Part shown: piece after piece, positions 21,353-29,661 of the stretch
How positions within the stretch are numbered: position 1 is the first letter of the stretch
Layout of the letters: every line of letters begins with the position of its first letter
Assembly: GCA_965204685.1 (NCBI GenBank)
Contig: OZ242004.1
Span: 1,226,615-1,290,614, forward strand
Origin: Dehalococcoidia bacterium
GTDB lineage: Bacteria > Chloroflexota > Dehalococcoidia > Lucifugimonadales > UBA3495
DNA length: 64,000 nucleotides
Direction of reading: 5' to 3'
The notes under the pieces: generated by a model
What the model was told of the DNA's origin: nothing
Databases searched by the model: none
Seen by the model: the letters and a program-made list of their open reading frames with translations, nothing else
Translations under genes and position numbers: made by a program

Positions 21353-21374
21353 GCTCCCGCGAAGTCACTGCAAC

Positions 21375-21449
21375 TGGTGGAGGCTACGGGATTCGAACCC
21401 GTGACCCCCTGCTTGCAAAGCAGGTGCTCTCCCACTGAGCTAAGCCCCC
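21375..21449 (-). tRNA. tRNA-Ala (anticodon UGC), CCA encoded
   Basis: The reverse complement reads GGGGGCTTAGCTCAGTGGGAGAGCACCTGCTTTGCAAGCAGGGGGTCACGGGTTCGAATCCCGTAGCCTCCACCA. It forms a cloverleaf with the G3:U70 Ala identity pair, anticodon loop UU-UGC-AA and a TTCGAAT T-loop. Confidence 0.95.
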
Positions 21450-21533
21450 ACGCCGAGCCCCTATGGACCGGCGGCGGCCGCGTTGACCGCCCTTCCATAC
21501 TACCACCAGCCTGCGTCGGCCGGCCATGCGCGA

Positions 21534-22565
21534 TCACAGGTCGATGATCAGCACCCACATCGGCTCCCGGCCGATGTCGTACACCTCCAGCGGTTCCAGT
21601 TCCCCGCTGTCCTGGTTCACCCGGTAGGACGCCAGCCGGCCCGTATCCAGGCCCGAGGCGTACAGGTAGTTGCCCGTGGTGTCCAGACTAAACGCGCGCG
21701 GCACTGCCTCCGTCGCCACCCGCCCGATGGCGGTCAGGCTGCCGTCGTCCCCGTCCACCGCGAAGCCGGCCACGCTGTTGTGCCCCCGGTTTGGCGCGTA
21801 CAGGAACCGACCCGACGGCGTGATCTGGATCTGCGAGCAGGTGTTGCGCTCGGTGAAATCCTCCGGCAGCGTCGGCACCGTCTGGAATGGCGACAGCGTG
21901 CCCGTGTCCGCGTCGAACCGGTACGCCGTGACGCTGCATCCCTGCTCGTTGGACGAGTACACCACGTCGAGGTTGGGGTTGAAGCAGACGTGCCGCGGCC
22001 CCTCCGGCGACGTGGGGTTGGCCCGGTCCGGCGTGTTGGGGGTCAGTCGGCCCGTTGACTCGTCGAACCGGAACTGGAAGATGGCGTTGGGCCCGGTCTG
22101 TGACCCCTCGGCGATGTGTGGCACGAAGGCGTAGCGGTTGGACGCGTCGGTCTGGATGTAGTGCGCCCCGATGCCGGTCTCCCGCCACTCGATGGGCGTC
22201 GGGTCCAGCCTGCCGTCGTCGCCGAAGCCGTGCACGCCCACCCGCGCCTGGTAGTAGTAGGCCGACAGCAGAAAATTGCCCGTGCGGTCCACCGAGATAT
22301 GCACCGGGTTCCCGCCCAGGTTGATGTCGTTGATCCGCGCCAGGTCGCCGCTGCCGCCGTCAATGCTGAAGGACGTCAGACCGTACTCTCCGGCCCGGCG
22401 CCGCCCCACGAACAGAAAGCGTTTCTCCGGATCCGTCGCCAGCGGCGCCGGCATCCCCGCCAATGGAAACTCCACCCGCTCCGTCAGCCCGCCCGTAGCC
22501 GGATCCAGGTCGTACCGAGCGATGACGTCGTCCCCTTGCAGCGATACGTATAGATAGGTAGCCAT
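21534..22565 (-). CDS. lactonase, 7-bladed beta-propeller family (6-phosphogluconolactonase-like)
   Basis: 343 aa. MATYLYVS..., repeated blade motifs, and ...HVCFNPN.... Confidence 0.85.
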   Translation of the reverse strand: MATYLYVSLQGDDVIARYDLDPATGGLTERVEFPLAGMPAPLATDPEKRFLFVGRRRAGEYGLTSFSIDGGSGDLARINDINLGGNPVHISVDRTGNFLLSAYYYQARVGVHGFGDDGRLDPTPIEWRETGIGAHYIQTDASNRYAFVPHIAEGSQTGPNAIFQFRFDESTGRLTPNTPDRANPTSPEGPRHVCFNPNLDVVYSSNEQGCSVTAYRFDADTGTLSPFQTVPTLPEDFTERNTCSQIQITPSGRFLYAPNRGHNSVAGFAVDGDDGSLTAIGRVATEAVPRAFSLDTTGNYLYASGLDTGRLASYRVNQDSGELEPLEVYDIGREPMWVLIIDL

Positions 22566-22577
22566 GTGACACCTCCG

Positions 22578-23753
22578 CTATTCCATCACCCGCGCGTCCG
22601 GCAGCCCCAGCAGGAACTGCCCGTGGTTCTCGTACGCCGTGTCGCTCACCATCTGGTGCTGGGCCGCCGCGTTGATGTCCCGCAGGCACTGCTGCAGGAT
22701 GTTGGGCGTGAACAGCGCCTCGCCGCCGCCGTAGCGGAAGGCTTGGGCCGTCACGTCCGCGGCCACGTCGGTGGTGTAGGTGGCGCAACTGCGCATCTGT
22801 GCTTGCAAGGGCGGCGGTGGAGTCTGGCCCGCGCATACCGACCGCCACGCCTCTTCCAGTATCTCCACGTTGAGGGAACGCGCCGCGCGCAGCCGCAGGT
22901 CGCACTCGCCCAGCGCCCGCTGGAACGTCGCCCGGTTCGCCAGCAGGTTTACCGAATTGTACCCGCGCGTCTTGGACGCCGCCGCCTCGGTCACGGCGTC
23001 CAGTGCCCGCCGCGCCACGCCCAGGGCGAAGGCCGAGTGCTCGTTGGTCACAAAGGCCGGCCGGCCCAGGCGGTACAACGCGCCGCCCCGGAGCGGCTCG
23101 GTCAGCGTCGAGTCCCACGCGAACCCGTTGGGCACGAAGAGGTCCTCCACCGAAAAGTCGCAGCTTCCGGTGCCGCGCAGGCCCATGACCTGCCAGTTGT
23201 CATGCACCTTCACCTTGTGCTTGGGCATCGCCATCCGCACCTGCCGCGGATAGCCGTCGAGATCGCCGGTCACCCGCGCGCCGGCGGAGACCCAATCCGC
23301 GTGCATAATACCGCTGCCGAACCTCCAGTGCCCGTTGACCCGGTAGCCACCTTCCACCGGCGTCGCGGTCGCGGAAGGCGCGGCCGCTCCCGCCGTCTTG
23401 GGCGGCCGTCCGCCCACGAAAATCTCCTCGATTGATTCGTCCGGCAGGAACGCGGCCAGGCTGCCCACGCTGGCCGCTCCGATCATCAGGCACCAGCCCG
23501 AGGCCGGATCGATGCAGCTCACCGCCTCTAGCACGTCCAGCTGCGTCACCACGTCGGCCTCGGCGCCGCCCAGCACGTGGGGCATCTTGAGACGCAACAA
23601 CCCCGACTCGTAAAGCGCATCCACCGATGCCGGCGCCAGCGTGCCAATCTGCTCCGACTCCTCCGCCCCCGCCTCCAGCGTAGCCCGCACGCTCTCCACC
23701 GCGTCCATCAGGATGCGATGCTTCTCCTTTCGATCAAAAGGAAACCCGTTCAT
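22578..23753 (-). CDS. acyl-CoA dehydrogenase family protein (type-2; possibly a flavin-dependent monooxygenase component)
   Basis: 391 aa with ACAD middle and C-terminal domain patterns (GGYRVNGHWRFGSG; WQVMGLRGTGS). Confidence 0.85.
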   Translation of the reverse strand: MNGFPFDRKEKHRILMDAVESVRATLEAGAEESEQIGTLAPASVDALYESGLLRLKMPHVLGGAEADVVTQLDVLEAVSCIDPASGWCLMIGAASVGSLAAFLPDESIEEIFVGGRPPKTAGAAAPSATATPVEGGYRVNGHWRFGSGIMHADWVSAGARVTGDLDGYPRQVRMAMPKHKVKVHDNWQVMGLRGTGSCDFSVEDLFVPNGFAWDSTLTEPLRGGALYRLGRPAFVTNEHSAFALGVARRALDAVTEAAASKTRGYNSVNLLANRATFQRALGECDLRLRAARSLNVEILEEAWRSVCAGQTPPPPLQAQMRSCATYTTDVAADVTAQAFRYGGGEALFTPNILQQCLRDINAAAQHQMVSDTAYENHGQFLLGLPDARVME

Positions 23754-23765
23754 GGCGTCTCCGCG

Positions 23766-24683
23766 CTATTCATCCACCTTGGGAAACACGTCCTGCACCA
23801 GCGCGTCCATGGTGTCCAGCAGTTGTTGCAGGTTGCCGCAGTCGTGGCAGTTGATCTGGAATTCGTCTAGGCCCGCCTCCTGCCGGTATCGGTTGATGTC
23901 CGACACGATCTGCTCGGTGGTGCCGTAACCCGTCGGCCGGTCACCGTCCGACACGGAATGCCCCGAGATGCTGCTGATGTTCACCCGGAAGCTCATCCGC
24001 ACTCGTGGGGGCTCGTCCCGCCCGATCTCGGCGGACACGTCATTCAGGTACTGCCAGTTGCTCACCAGGGTCGGCAGCGGCGAGGGCGTCGGCTGCCAGA
24101 CCTGCGCGAACCGCGCCGCCCGCCGCAGCGAGGCGTGGCTGGAGCCGCCAATCCAGATGGGCGGGTGCGGCTGCTGCACCGGCTTGGGGCTGGTGTACAG
24201 CCCGTCGAAGGAGAAGAACCGCCCGCTGAATGACACCGGGTCGGGTTCCCAGCACGCCTTCCACAGGCGCAGGTACTCGTTGGTCCGCGCCCCCCGTTCC
24301 CGATGCGGCACGTCCAGCGCGGCGTACTCGGTCTCGTTCCAGCCCGAGCCCACGCCCACGATGGCCCGCCCGTTGGACATCTGGTCCAGCGTGGCGATCA
24401 TCTTGGCCGTCACCACCGGATTGCGGTACGGCATGATCAGCACCGATGTCCCCAGCCTGATCTTCGACGTGCGCGACGCCACGTAGGCCAGCGACATCAG
24501 CGGGTCGTACACTTGCCGCCACGGTTCGCTCCGCGCTCCGTCGTCCACGATCACGTGGTCGTTGACGAACACCGCGTCAAACTCCAGTTCCTCCGCCTTC
24601 ACCGCCGTATCCAGGATGCCCTGCGCCGACGCCTCAAACCCCAGGTAATCCGCGTTGGGCAACCGGAAAGAGTACTTGACCAT
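23766..24683 (-). CDS. LLM-class F420/flavin-dependent oxidoreductase
   Basis: 305 aa. FDAVFVNDH, GRAIVGVGSGW and PKPVQQPHPPIWIGG. Confidence 0.85.
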   Translation of the reverse strand: MVKYSFRLPNADYLGFEASAQGILDTAVKAEELEFDAVFVNDHVIVDDGARSEPWRQVYDPLMSLAYVASRTSKIRLGTSVLIMPYRNPVVTAKMIATLDQMSNGRAIVGVGSGWNETEYAALDVPHRERGARTNEYLRLWKACWEPDPVSFSGRFFSFDGLYTSPKPVQQPHPPIWIGGSSHASLRRAARFAQVWQPTPSPLPTLVSNWQYLNDVSAEIGRDEPPRVRMSFRVNISSISGHSVSDGDRPTGYGTTEQIVSDINRYRQEAGLDEFQINCHDCGNLQQLLDTMDALVQDVFPKVDE

Positions 24684-24804
24684 TCGATACCGCCTTGTCT
24701 TCGTGGTCTTGTGTAGGTGTCATCATATTGGCAACACCAAGTTGAAACAAGGGTGAGCATCCGGGATAATCAGGCTACGAAACCGCGCTACATGGAGGCT
24801 CCCG

Positions 24805-25692
24805 ATGTCAAAGTTCCGTATCGTGCCCCACGGCCGGCTCCAGGAATGGGTTGCCGAGGAAAAGGGCTATTTCGCCGATGAGGGCCTCGACTACGAGTTC
24901 GTCGCGTCCGACCGGCCCAGCGCATCGCTCAATCCCTCGGTCGACTCCGCCGAGGACGCGCCCATGGAGATCAAGCGGGGCGCCTTCGAGTCCATGGAGG
25001 CCGGCCGCGCCTGCGAGATCAGTTCCGCCTGCCACTGGGCGGTGGGTATGGCCGCCAGCGCCGCCCACGGCCGCATGTGGGGCCACGCCTACTCTGTCAC
25101 CCCCAGCGGCATCTGGGTCGCCCCCGAGTCTCCGTTGCAGACGCCGGAGGACCTGGCCGGCGTGGAGGTCGCCGTCGGCTGGCATTCGGGCAGCCACTTC
25201 TCCGCCCTCCAGGCCCTGGAGAGCATCCTGCCCCGGGACCAGATCAGCCTCCAGTTCGTCGGCGGCCCGCGGGACCGGATGCAGTTGGCCCTCGACCGCC
25301 GGGTGCCGGCGGCCAACGTCTTCGGCGCTCCGGGTTACGTGCTGGAGCAGCAGGGCTTCCGCAAGCTGGTGGATACCAGTTTCATGATCGGCTTCCTCAT
25401 CAACGGCGATGCCACCGACGATCAACTCTGGGCCTACTTCAACGCCCTGCAGCGCGCCCAGCGCGAGATCGACGCCGCCAAGGAGCGCTACCAGCACTAC
25501 TTCCTGAACGAACTGCCCCAGCGCTACCACCCGCTGTTCGACCACCGCCGCGCCGGCATCGGCGAGCGCCTGGTATTCGAGCCCTACACCAAGGAGATGT
25601 TCGACCGCACCCACCGCTGGATGCTGGACTGGGAAATCTTCCCCCAGGACCAGGTCGGGAGTGTAACCTACGAACAGGCCGTGGCTGTGTAG
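24805..25692 (+). CDS. NMT1/THI5-like (periplasmic-binding-protein fold) protein without signal peptide
   Basis: 295 aa. N-terminus FRIVPHGRLQEWVAEEKGYFADEGLDYEF is typical of SsuA/NMT1-like proteins. Function unclear. Confidence 0.55.
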   Translation: MSKFRIVPHGRLQEWVAEEKGYFADEGLDYEFVASDRPSASLNPSVDSAEDAPMEIKRGAFESMEAGRACEISSACHWAVGMAASAAHGRMWGHAYSVTPSGIWVAPESPLQTPEDLAGVEVAVGWHSGSHFSALQALESILPRDQISLQFVGGPRDRMQLALDRRVPAANVFGAPGYVLEQQGFRKLVDTSFMIGFLINGDATDDQLWAYFNALQRAQREIDAAKERYQHYFLNELPQRYHPLFDHRRAGIGERLVFEPYTKEMFDRTHRWMLDWEIFPQDQVGSVTYEQAVAV

Positions 25693-25715
25693 CCGTCAGC
25701 TACGCACGTAACCCC

Positions 25716-25757
25716 AAAAGAGCGGGGGCGCAACAGCGGCGCCTCCGCTCTTTTGTT
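25716..25757 (+). terminator. intrinsic (bidirectional-type) terminator
   Basis: AAAAGAGCGGGGGCGC / GCGCCTCCGCTCTTTT stem (one G:U pair) with a 7-nt loop, followed by TTTTGTT. Lies 24 nt after the stop at 25692. Confidence 0.7.
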
Positions 25758-25857
25758 ACCTCGCTGTTGCAACTGGCAACCTGGCGCCGGGCGCGGCCCG
25801 TGGTATATTCCGGTACGCCCAGGCGCCGGTTGCTGCGGAATCGAGGAGGTCACACTG

Positions 25858-26892
25858 ATGGTCGACAAGGAACAGGACTGGGAATACGGCCTGCGCACCG
25901 AGGGGCACGGCGCCGAAGTCGGCGGCCGCGAGCCGGCAGTGATCGGCGAGAACGGCTTCCACTACCGGGTGTCGGGAGAGAACTGGGGCCGTCTCCCGGA
26001 TGGGTGCGTGTACAAGGAGGGAACTTCGGTTGCCGTCGACGCCAATGATCAGGTCTACGTGTTCAATCGTGGCACCATCCCGACGATCGTGTTTGACACC
26101 GATGGCAACGTCCTGCGCACTTGGGGCGAGGGAGTATTCGCCAACCCCCACGGTGTAACCATCGCTCCGGACAACACCGTCTTCTGCGTGGACAACGGTG
26201 ACAGCACCGTGCGCCAGTTCACGCCGGACGGCAAGCTGTTGATGACGCTGGGCACCCCACACCGGCCGAGCCCCAGGATGAGCGGCGAGCCATTTTCCGT
26301 TCCGGCTCACGTGGCCTTCGACCGGCGCACCGGAGAATTCTACGTGGCCGACGGCTATTCCAACGCGAGAGTGCACAAGTACACGCCCGACGGCAGGCTC
26401 CTCTTTTCATGGGGAGAGTCGGGGACCGGCGACGGCCAGTTCAACATCGTCCACAACGTAATCGTGGATAACGACGGCTGGGTGTACGTCGCCGACCGGG
26501 AGAACCACCGCATCCAGGTCTTCAGCGCCGACGGCAAATATGAGACCCAGTGGGGCAACCTCTCCCGTGCCGCCGCAATCTGCATCGACGACCGTTCCGG
26601 CGAGGAGCTGATCTACATCGGCGAGTACTTCTGTGGCATCGGTACCAACGACATCGGCACCGATCTGGGTCCTCGAGTGACGGTCATGAACACCCAGGGC
26701 AAGGTCCTGGCCCGCGTCGGCCGCGAGAGCTACGGCGACCAGTCGGGCCGCTTCTATTCGCCCCACGGCATCGCCATCGACTCCAGGGGCGACCTGTACG
26801 TGGCCGAGGTGTCCTGGACCGATTACGGCCGGCATATGGACCCGCCCCGCGAGCTTCGCTCGATGCAGAAGTTGGTCAGGGTTCCGGACTAA
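25858..26892 (+). CDS. NHL-repeat beta-propeller protein (peptidyl-alpha-hydroxyglycine lyase-like)
   Basis: Repeated NHL-type blades (PHGVTIAPDNTVFCVD, FYVADGYSNARVHKY, VYVADRENHRIQVF, LYVAEVS). ATG 25858 is preceded by a GAGGAGG RBS. Confidence 0.8.
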   Translation: MVDKEQDWEYGLRTEGHGAEVGGREPAVIGENGFHYRVSGENWGRLPDGCVYKEGTSVAVDANDQVYVFNRGTIPTIVFDTDGNVLRTWGEGVFANPHGVTIAPDNTVFCVDNGDSTVRQFTPDGKLLMTLGTPHRPSPRMSGEPFSVPAHVAFDRRTGEFYVADGYSNARVHKYTPDGRLLFSWGESGTGDGQFNIVHNVIVDNDGWVYVADRENHRIQVFSADGKYETQWGNLSRAAAICIDDRSGEELIYIGEYFCGIGTNDIGTDLGPRVTVMNTQGKVLARVGRESYGDQSGRFYSPHGIAIDSRGDLYVAEVSWTDYGRHMDPPRELRSMQKLVRVPD

Positions 26893-26900
26893 AGGCGACG

Positions 26901-28055
26901 TTACTCGGGTATTCCCAGCGCTTTCCTTACCGCCGCGCCGATGGGCGTCAGCGGGCTCTCTTCCGGCGGGCCGTGGGGCACCATGCGGTTGTGGTGGATG
27001 GCAACCGCCAGCCTGTGCTGCGGATCAGCCCAGCCCACCGAGCCTCCGGCGCCATTGTGTCCAAAGGCCAGCGAGCTATTGCCCATGGCGCCCATGCCGG
27101 GGCTGCCGGCAAAGTGAAAGCCGCCGATGGTGCCGTGATGCGGCCGTCCGTGCACCGGATCGTAATCGCTGGGCGGGCGGGGAACGTGAAACGTCCGCAC
27201 CCGTTCCTCGGAAAGCAGGCGCACGCCGTCCAACTCGCCACCGTTGGCCAGCATAGCCCAGAACCGCGCCTGGCTGCGCGCCGTCATGATCCCCTGGGCT
27301 CCGGGGATGCAGGCCTGGCGCACGTCCGAACGCCCGAACACCTCCTGGGTGGTTCCCACCTCCGGCGGAGTGGCCCGGAACCGGAGGGAGTCGGGAGGCA
27401 GACCAGGTGCGCCGGGACCGAGCGGCGGCACGTTGGTAAGCTTGGCCACGCGGGGCTCGACCTCGGGCGGGATACCGGCCCACAGGTCGGTGATGTCCAG
27501 CGGCTGGCAGATCTCTTCCTGGATAAACTGGCCAAAGGGCCGGTGCTTGGGATCGGTGCGGCGCACCACCTCGCCCACCACCCAGCCGAAGGTATAGGCC
27601 ATGTACCCACTGCGGGTGCCCGGCTCGAAGAGCGGGTGCATCTCCGCCAGCTGGCCCACCATCCAGTCCCAGTCGCACATCAGCTCCGGCGTAATTCCCA
27701 CCGGCATCAGGGGCACGCCGATGCGGTGGGTCAGCGCATCGAACACCGTGCCCTTATCCTTGCCGTATTTTCCGAACTCCGGCCAGTACTTCGCCACCGG
27801 CTGGTAGTAGTCCACCAGTCCTCGCTCAGCCTGGATGTGGAGCGCGGTCGCGGTCACCGCCTTGATGTTGGAAAACACCGGGAACAGGGTGTCTCCGTCC
27901 ACTTCCCGGCCGGTGGTCTCGTCGGCCAGACCGCCCCACTGGTCGACCACCAGTTCGCCGTCCAGGTAGGCGGCAACCTGCACCCCGATTTCCCCGCGCT
28001 CTCCTATAGCGACATCGATGGCGTCCTGTACGATGCTGTGCGAATTTGCGACCAT
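26901..28055 (-). CDS. serine hydrolase, beta-lactamase/esterase (class C-like) family
   Basis: 384 aa. S-x-x-K motif (FSNIKAVTA) near the N-terminus and beta-lactamase-family length. Confidence 0.85.
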   Translation of the reverse strand: MVANSHSIVQDAIDVAIGERGEIGVQVAAYLDGELVVDQWGGLADETTGREVDGDTLFPVFSNIKAVTATALHIQAERGLVDYYQPVAKYWPEFGKYGKDKGTVFDALTHRIGVPLMPVGITPELMCDWDWMVGQLAEMHPLFEPGTRSGYMAYTFGWVVGEVVRRTDPKHRPFGQFIQEEICQPLDITDLWAGIPPEVEPRVAKLTNVPPLGPGAPGLPPDSLRFRATPPEVGTTQEVFGRSDVRQACIPGAQGIMTARSQARFWAMLANGGELDGVRLLSEERVRTFHVPRPPSDYDPVHGRPHHGTIGGFHFAGSPGMGAMGNSSLAFGHNGAGGSVGWADPQHRLAVAIHHNRMVPHGPPEESPLTPIGAAVRKALGIPE

Positions 28056-28253
28056 GGCGACACCTCGCTGTCATGACTAAGATGAAAGAACCTGCCCGGT
28101 CCTCGGATGTTTGTAACACCAGTCCGGGTTGGCGGGCAAGACACGCTGGGCGCGCGAATAACGCTCGCCCAGCGATATGTCCCGGCCAGGTCGACACGGG
28201 AACCGGGTAGAGCGCATAATGCGCCCACATGCCAATCATTTGAGGAGTTGAAC

Positions 28254-28808
28254 ATGTCGGCGAAAGTTACGGGCCTCGGTCATATCGGCTTCTACGTTCA
28301 TGACCTCGAACTCATGATGGACTTCTACGAGAATTTCATGGGAATGCAGCGGACCAAGGTCGGCCCGCTGGGCGCCTTTTTCAGCGCGGATCCGGAAAGC
28401 TGCGATCACGAAATCGCCCTGATCAACGGACGGCCTTCGCTGGATGATCCGCATTGGATTCAGCAGATTTCGATGCGTGTGGAATCCCTGGATGATTTGC
28501 GCGATTTCAAGCGGCGCATCCACGAACGCGGATACCCGTTGGACCGCATCGTCAGCCACGCCAGCGCCATCGGTTGCTACTTCCGAGACCCGGAGAACAA
28601 CCCCACCGAGGTGTTCTGGCTGACCGGGTACACCTCGTGGGCGCAGGTGGGCATCCCCATCGACATTGACCAGTCCGACGACGCGGTCATGGCGGATGTG
28701 CTGCGGTCCTACGAGGCGGTCAAGAACGTGCCGATGGGCACGCCCGCCGGCCCGGAAACGGTGGACGCCATTCGCGGCCTGACCGAAGCCGCGGTCGTCA
28801 GCCGGTAG
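28254..28808 (+). CDS. VOC family protein (glyoxalase/extradiol dioxygenase-like)
   Basis: MSAKVTGLGHIGFYVHDLELMMDFYENFMGM... ATG 28254 is preceded by a GAGGAG RBS. The track ORF's 49-aa extension is unlikely. Confidence 0.8.
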   Translation: MSAKVTGLGHIGFYVHDLELMMDFYENFMGMQRTKVGPLGAFFSADPESCDHEIALINGRPSLDDPHWIQQISMRVESLDDLRDFKRRIHERGYPLDRIVSHASAIGCYFRDPENNPTEVFWLTGYTSWAQVGIPIDIDQSDDAVMADVLRSYEAVKNVPMGTPAGPETVDAIRGLTEAAVVSR

Positions 28809-28848
28809 GGATAGCACAGCCGGCGGGTAGAGCCCGGGGGAGGCCACC

Positions 28849-29604
28849 ATGCTGAAAGCAGAACGTGACAACGCCATAACCCGGCTCGGTGACCAGGACC
28901 GGGGAATGTTCCGGCGCGTCGTCGACGCAATGAAGGATGCCAGGGCGTACAGCCCCAACGGCCCAACCGACGCAGGACAAGTGACCGCCCGTCAGGTCAT
29001 GGAAAACTGGGCTGAGCCACTGTCCGGGGACGTCAAGTTGGCCGTGGAAGCGGTCGTGGCGCGGGACGAGATGGGCCCGCACGTGGGAAAGGTTGCCCCG
29101 GCCTTCGACCTCAAACGGTTGGGTTCTGACGAGCGGGTCCGCCTGTCCGATTTTCACGGCCGACGACCGGTGGCCCTGGCTTTCGGCAGCTACACTTGAC
29201 CGCCCTTCCGCGCTCAGTCGGAGCGCATGACCCAGATCTACCACCGCTACAAGGACTCGGTGGAGTTCTTTGTCGTCTACGTCCAGGAGGCCCACCCTAC
29301 CGACGGGTGGCAGACGGACAGCAACGTGGCGGAAGGGATACTGTTCCGCCAGCACCAGAGCTATCAGGAACGGGAATCGGTTGCCCAATCGTGCAGCATC
29401 GACCTGCACATCGGCCTACCCATCATCATCGAGGAAATGGACAACGCCATCGACGAAGCATGCGGCGCGGCGCCGGAACGCCTGTACCTGGTGGACGTCG
29501 ACGGCAACGTGGCCTACCACGGAGGCGCCGGCCCCCATTTCTTCGACCTGGACGAATGGGAGCAGGCCATCGAATCCTGTGTCGCAGCAGTAGTGACGCG
29601 ATAG
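28849..29604 (+). CDS. iodothyronine-deiodinase-like thioredoxin-fold selenoprotein (in-frame TGA = Sec at 29197-29199)
   Basis: Track ORFs 28849..29199 and 29227..29604 share one frame, separated only by a TGA. Read-through gives ...PVALAFGSYT-U-PPFRAQSERMTQIYHRYKDSVEFFVVYVQEAHPTDGW.... This places U at the deiodinase FGSxT-U-PPF active-site position. A SECIS-like hairpin follows. Confidence 0.7.
29210..29226 (+). promoter_or_regulatory. bacterial SECIS-like hairpin
   Basis: GCGCUC-AGUCG-GAGCGC: a perfect 6-bp stem beginning 10 nt after the TGA, with G at position 2 of the apical loop followed by U. Confidence 0.5.
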
Positions 29605-29609
29605 ATTGC

Positions 29610-29637
29610 GGGGCAACGTTCCTTGCGCCGTTGCCCC
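29610..29637. terminator. GC-rich hairpin between convergent genes (terminator candidate without U-tract)
   Basis: GGGGCAACG / CGTTGCCCC: a perfect 9-bp stem with a 10-nt loop, between the selenoprotein gene stop (29604) and the ggt stop (29662). Confidence 0.35.
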
Positions 29638-29661
29638 TGGCCCAGGTTTGCGTGTGGGCGA

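Noticed and set aside
18977-21374. Integrative genomic island at tRNA-Ala
   Set aside because: No integrase or recombinase is present, and by eye there is no duplicated tRNA 3'-end (att) sequence. It is reported only as a TA-rich flank.
28849-29604. Alternative reading: deiodinase-like gene as a pseudogene broken by a nonsense mutation, or as two separate genes
   Set aside because: The stop is exactly at the Sec/Cys catalytic position and is followed at the right distance by a SECIS-like hairpin. The downstream half has no RBS, and both halves remain intact and in frame. A pseudogene remains possible if the genome lacks Sec machinery.
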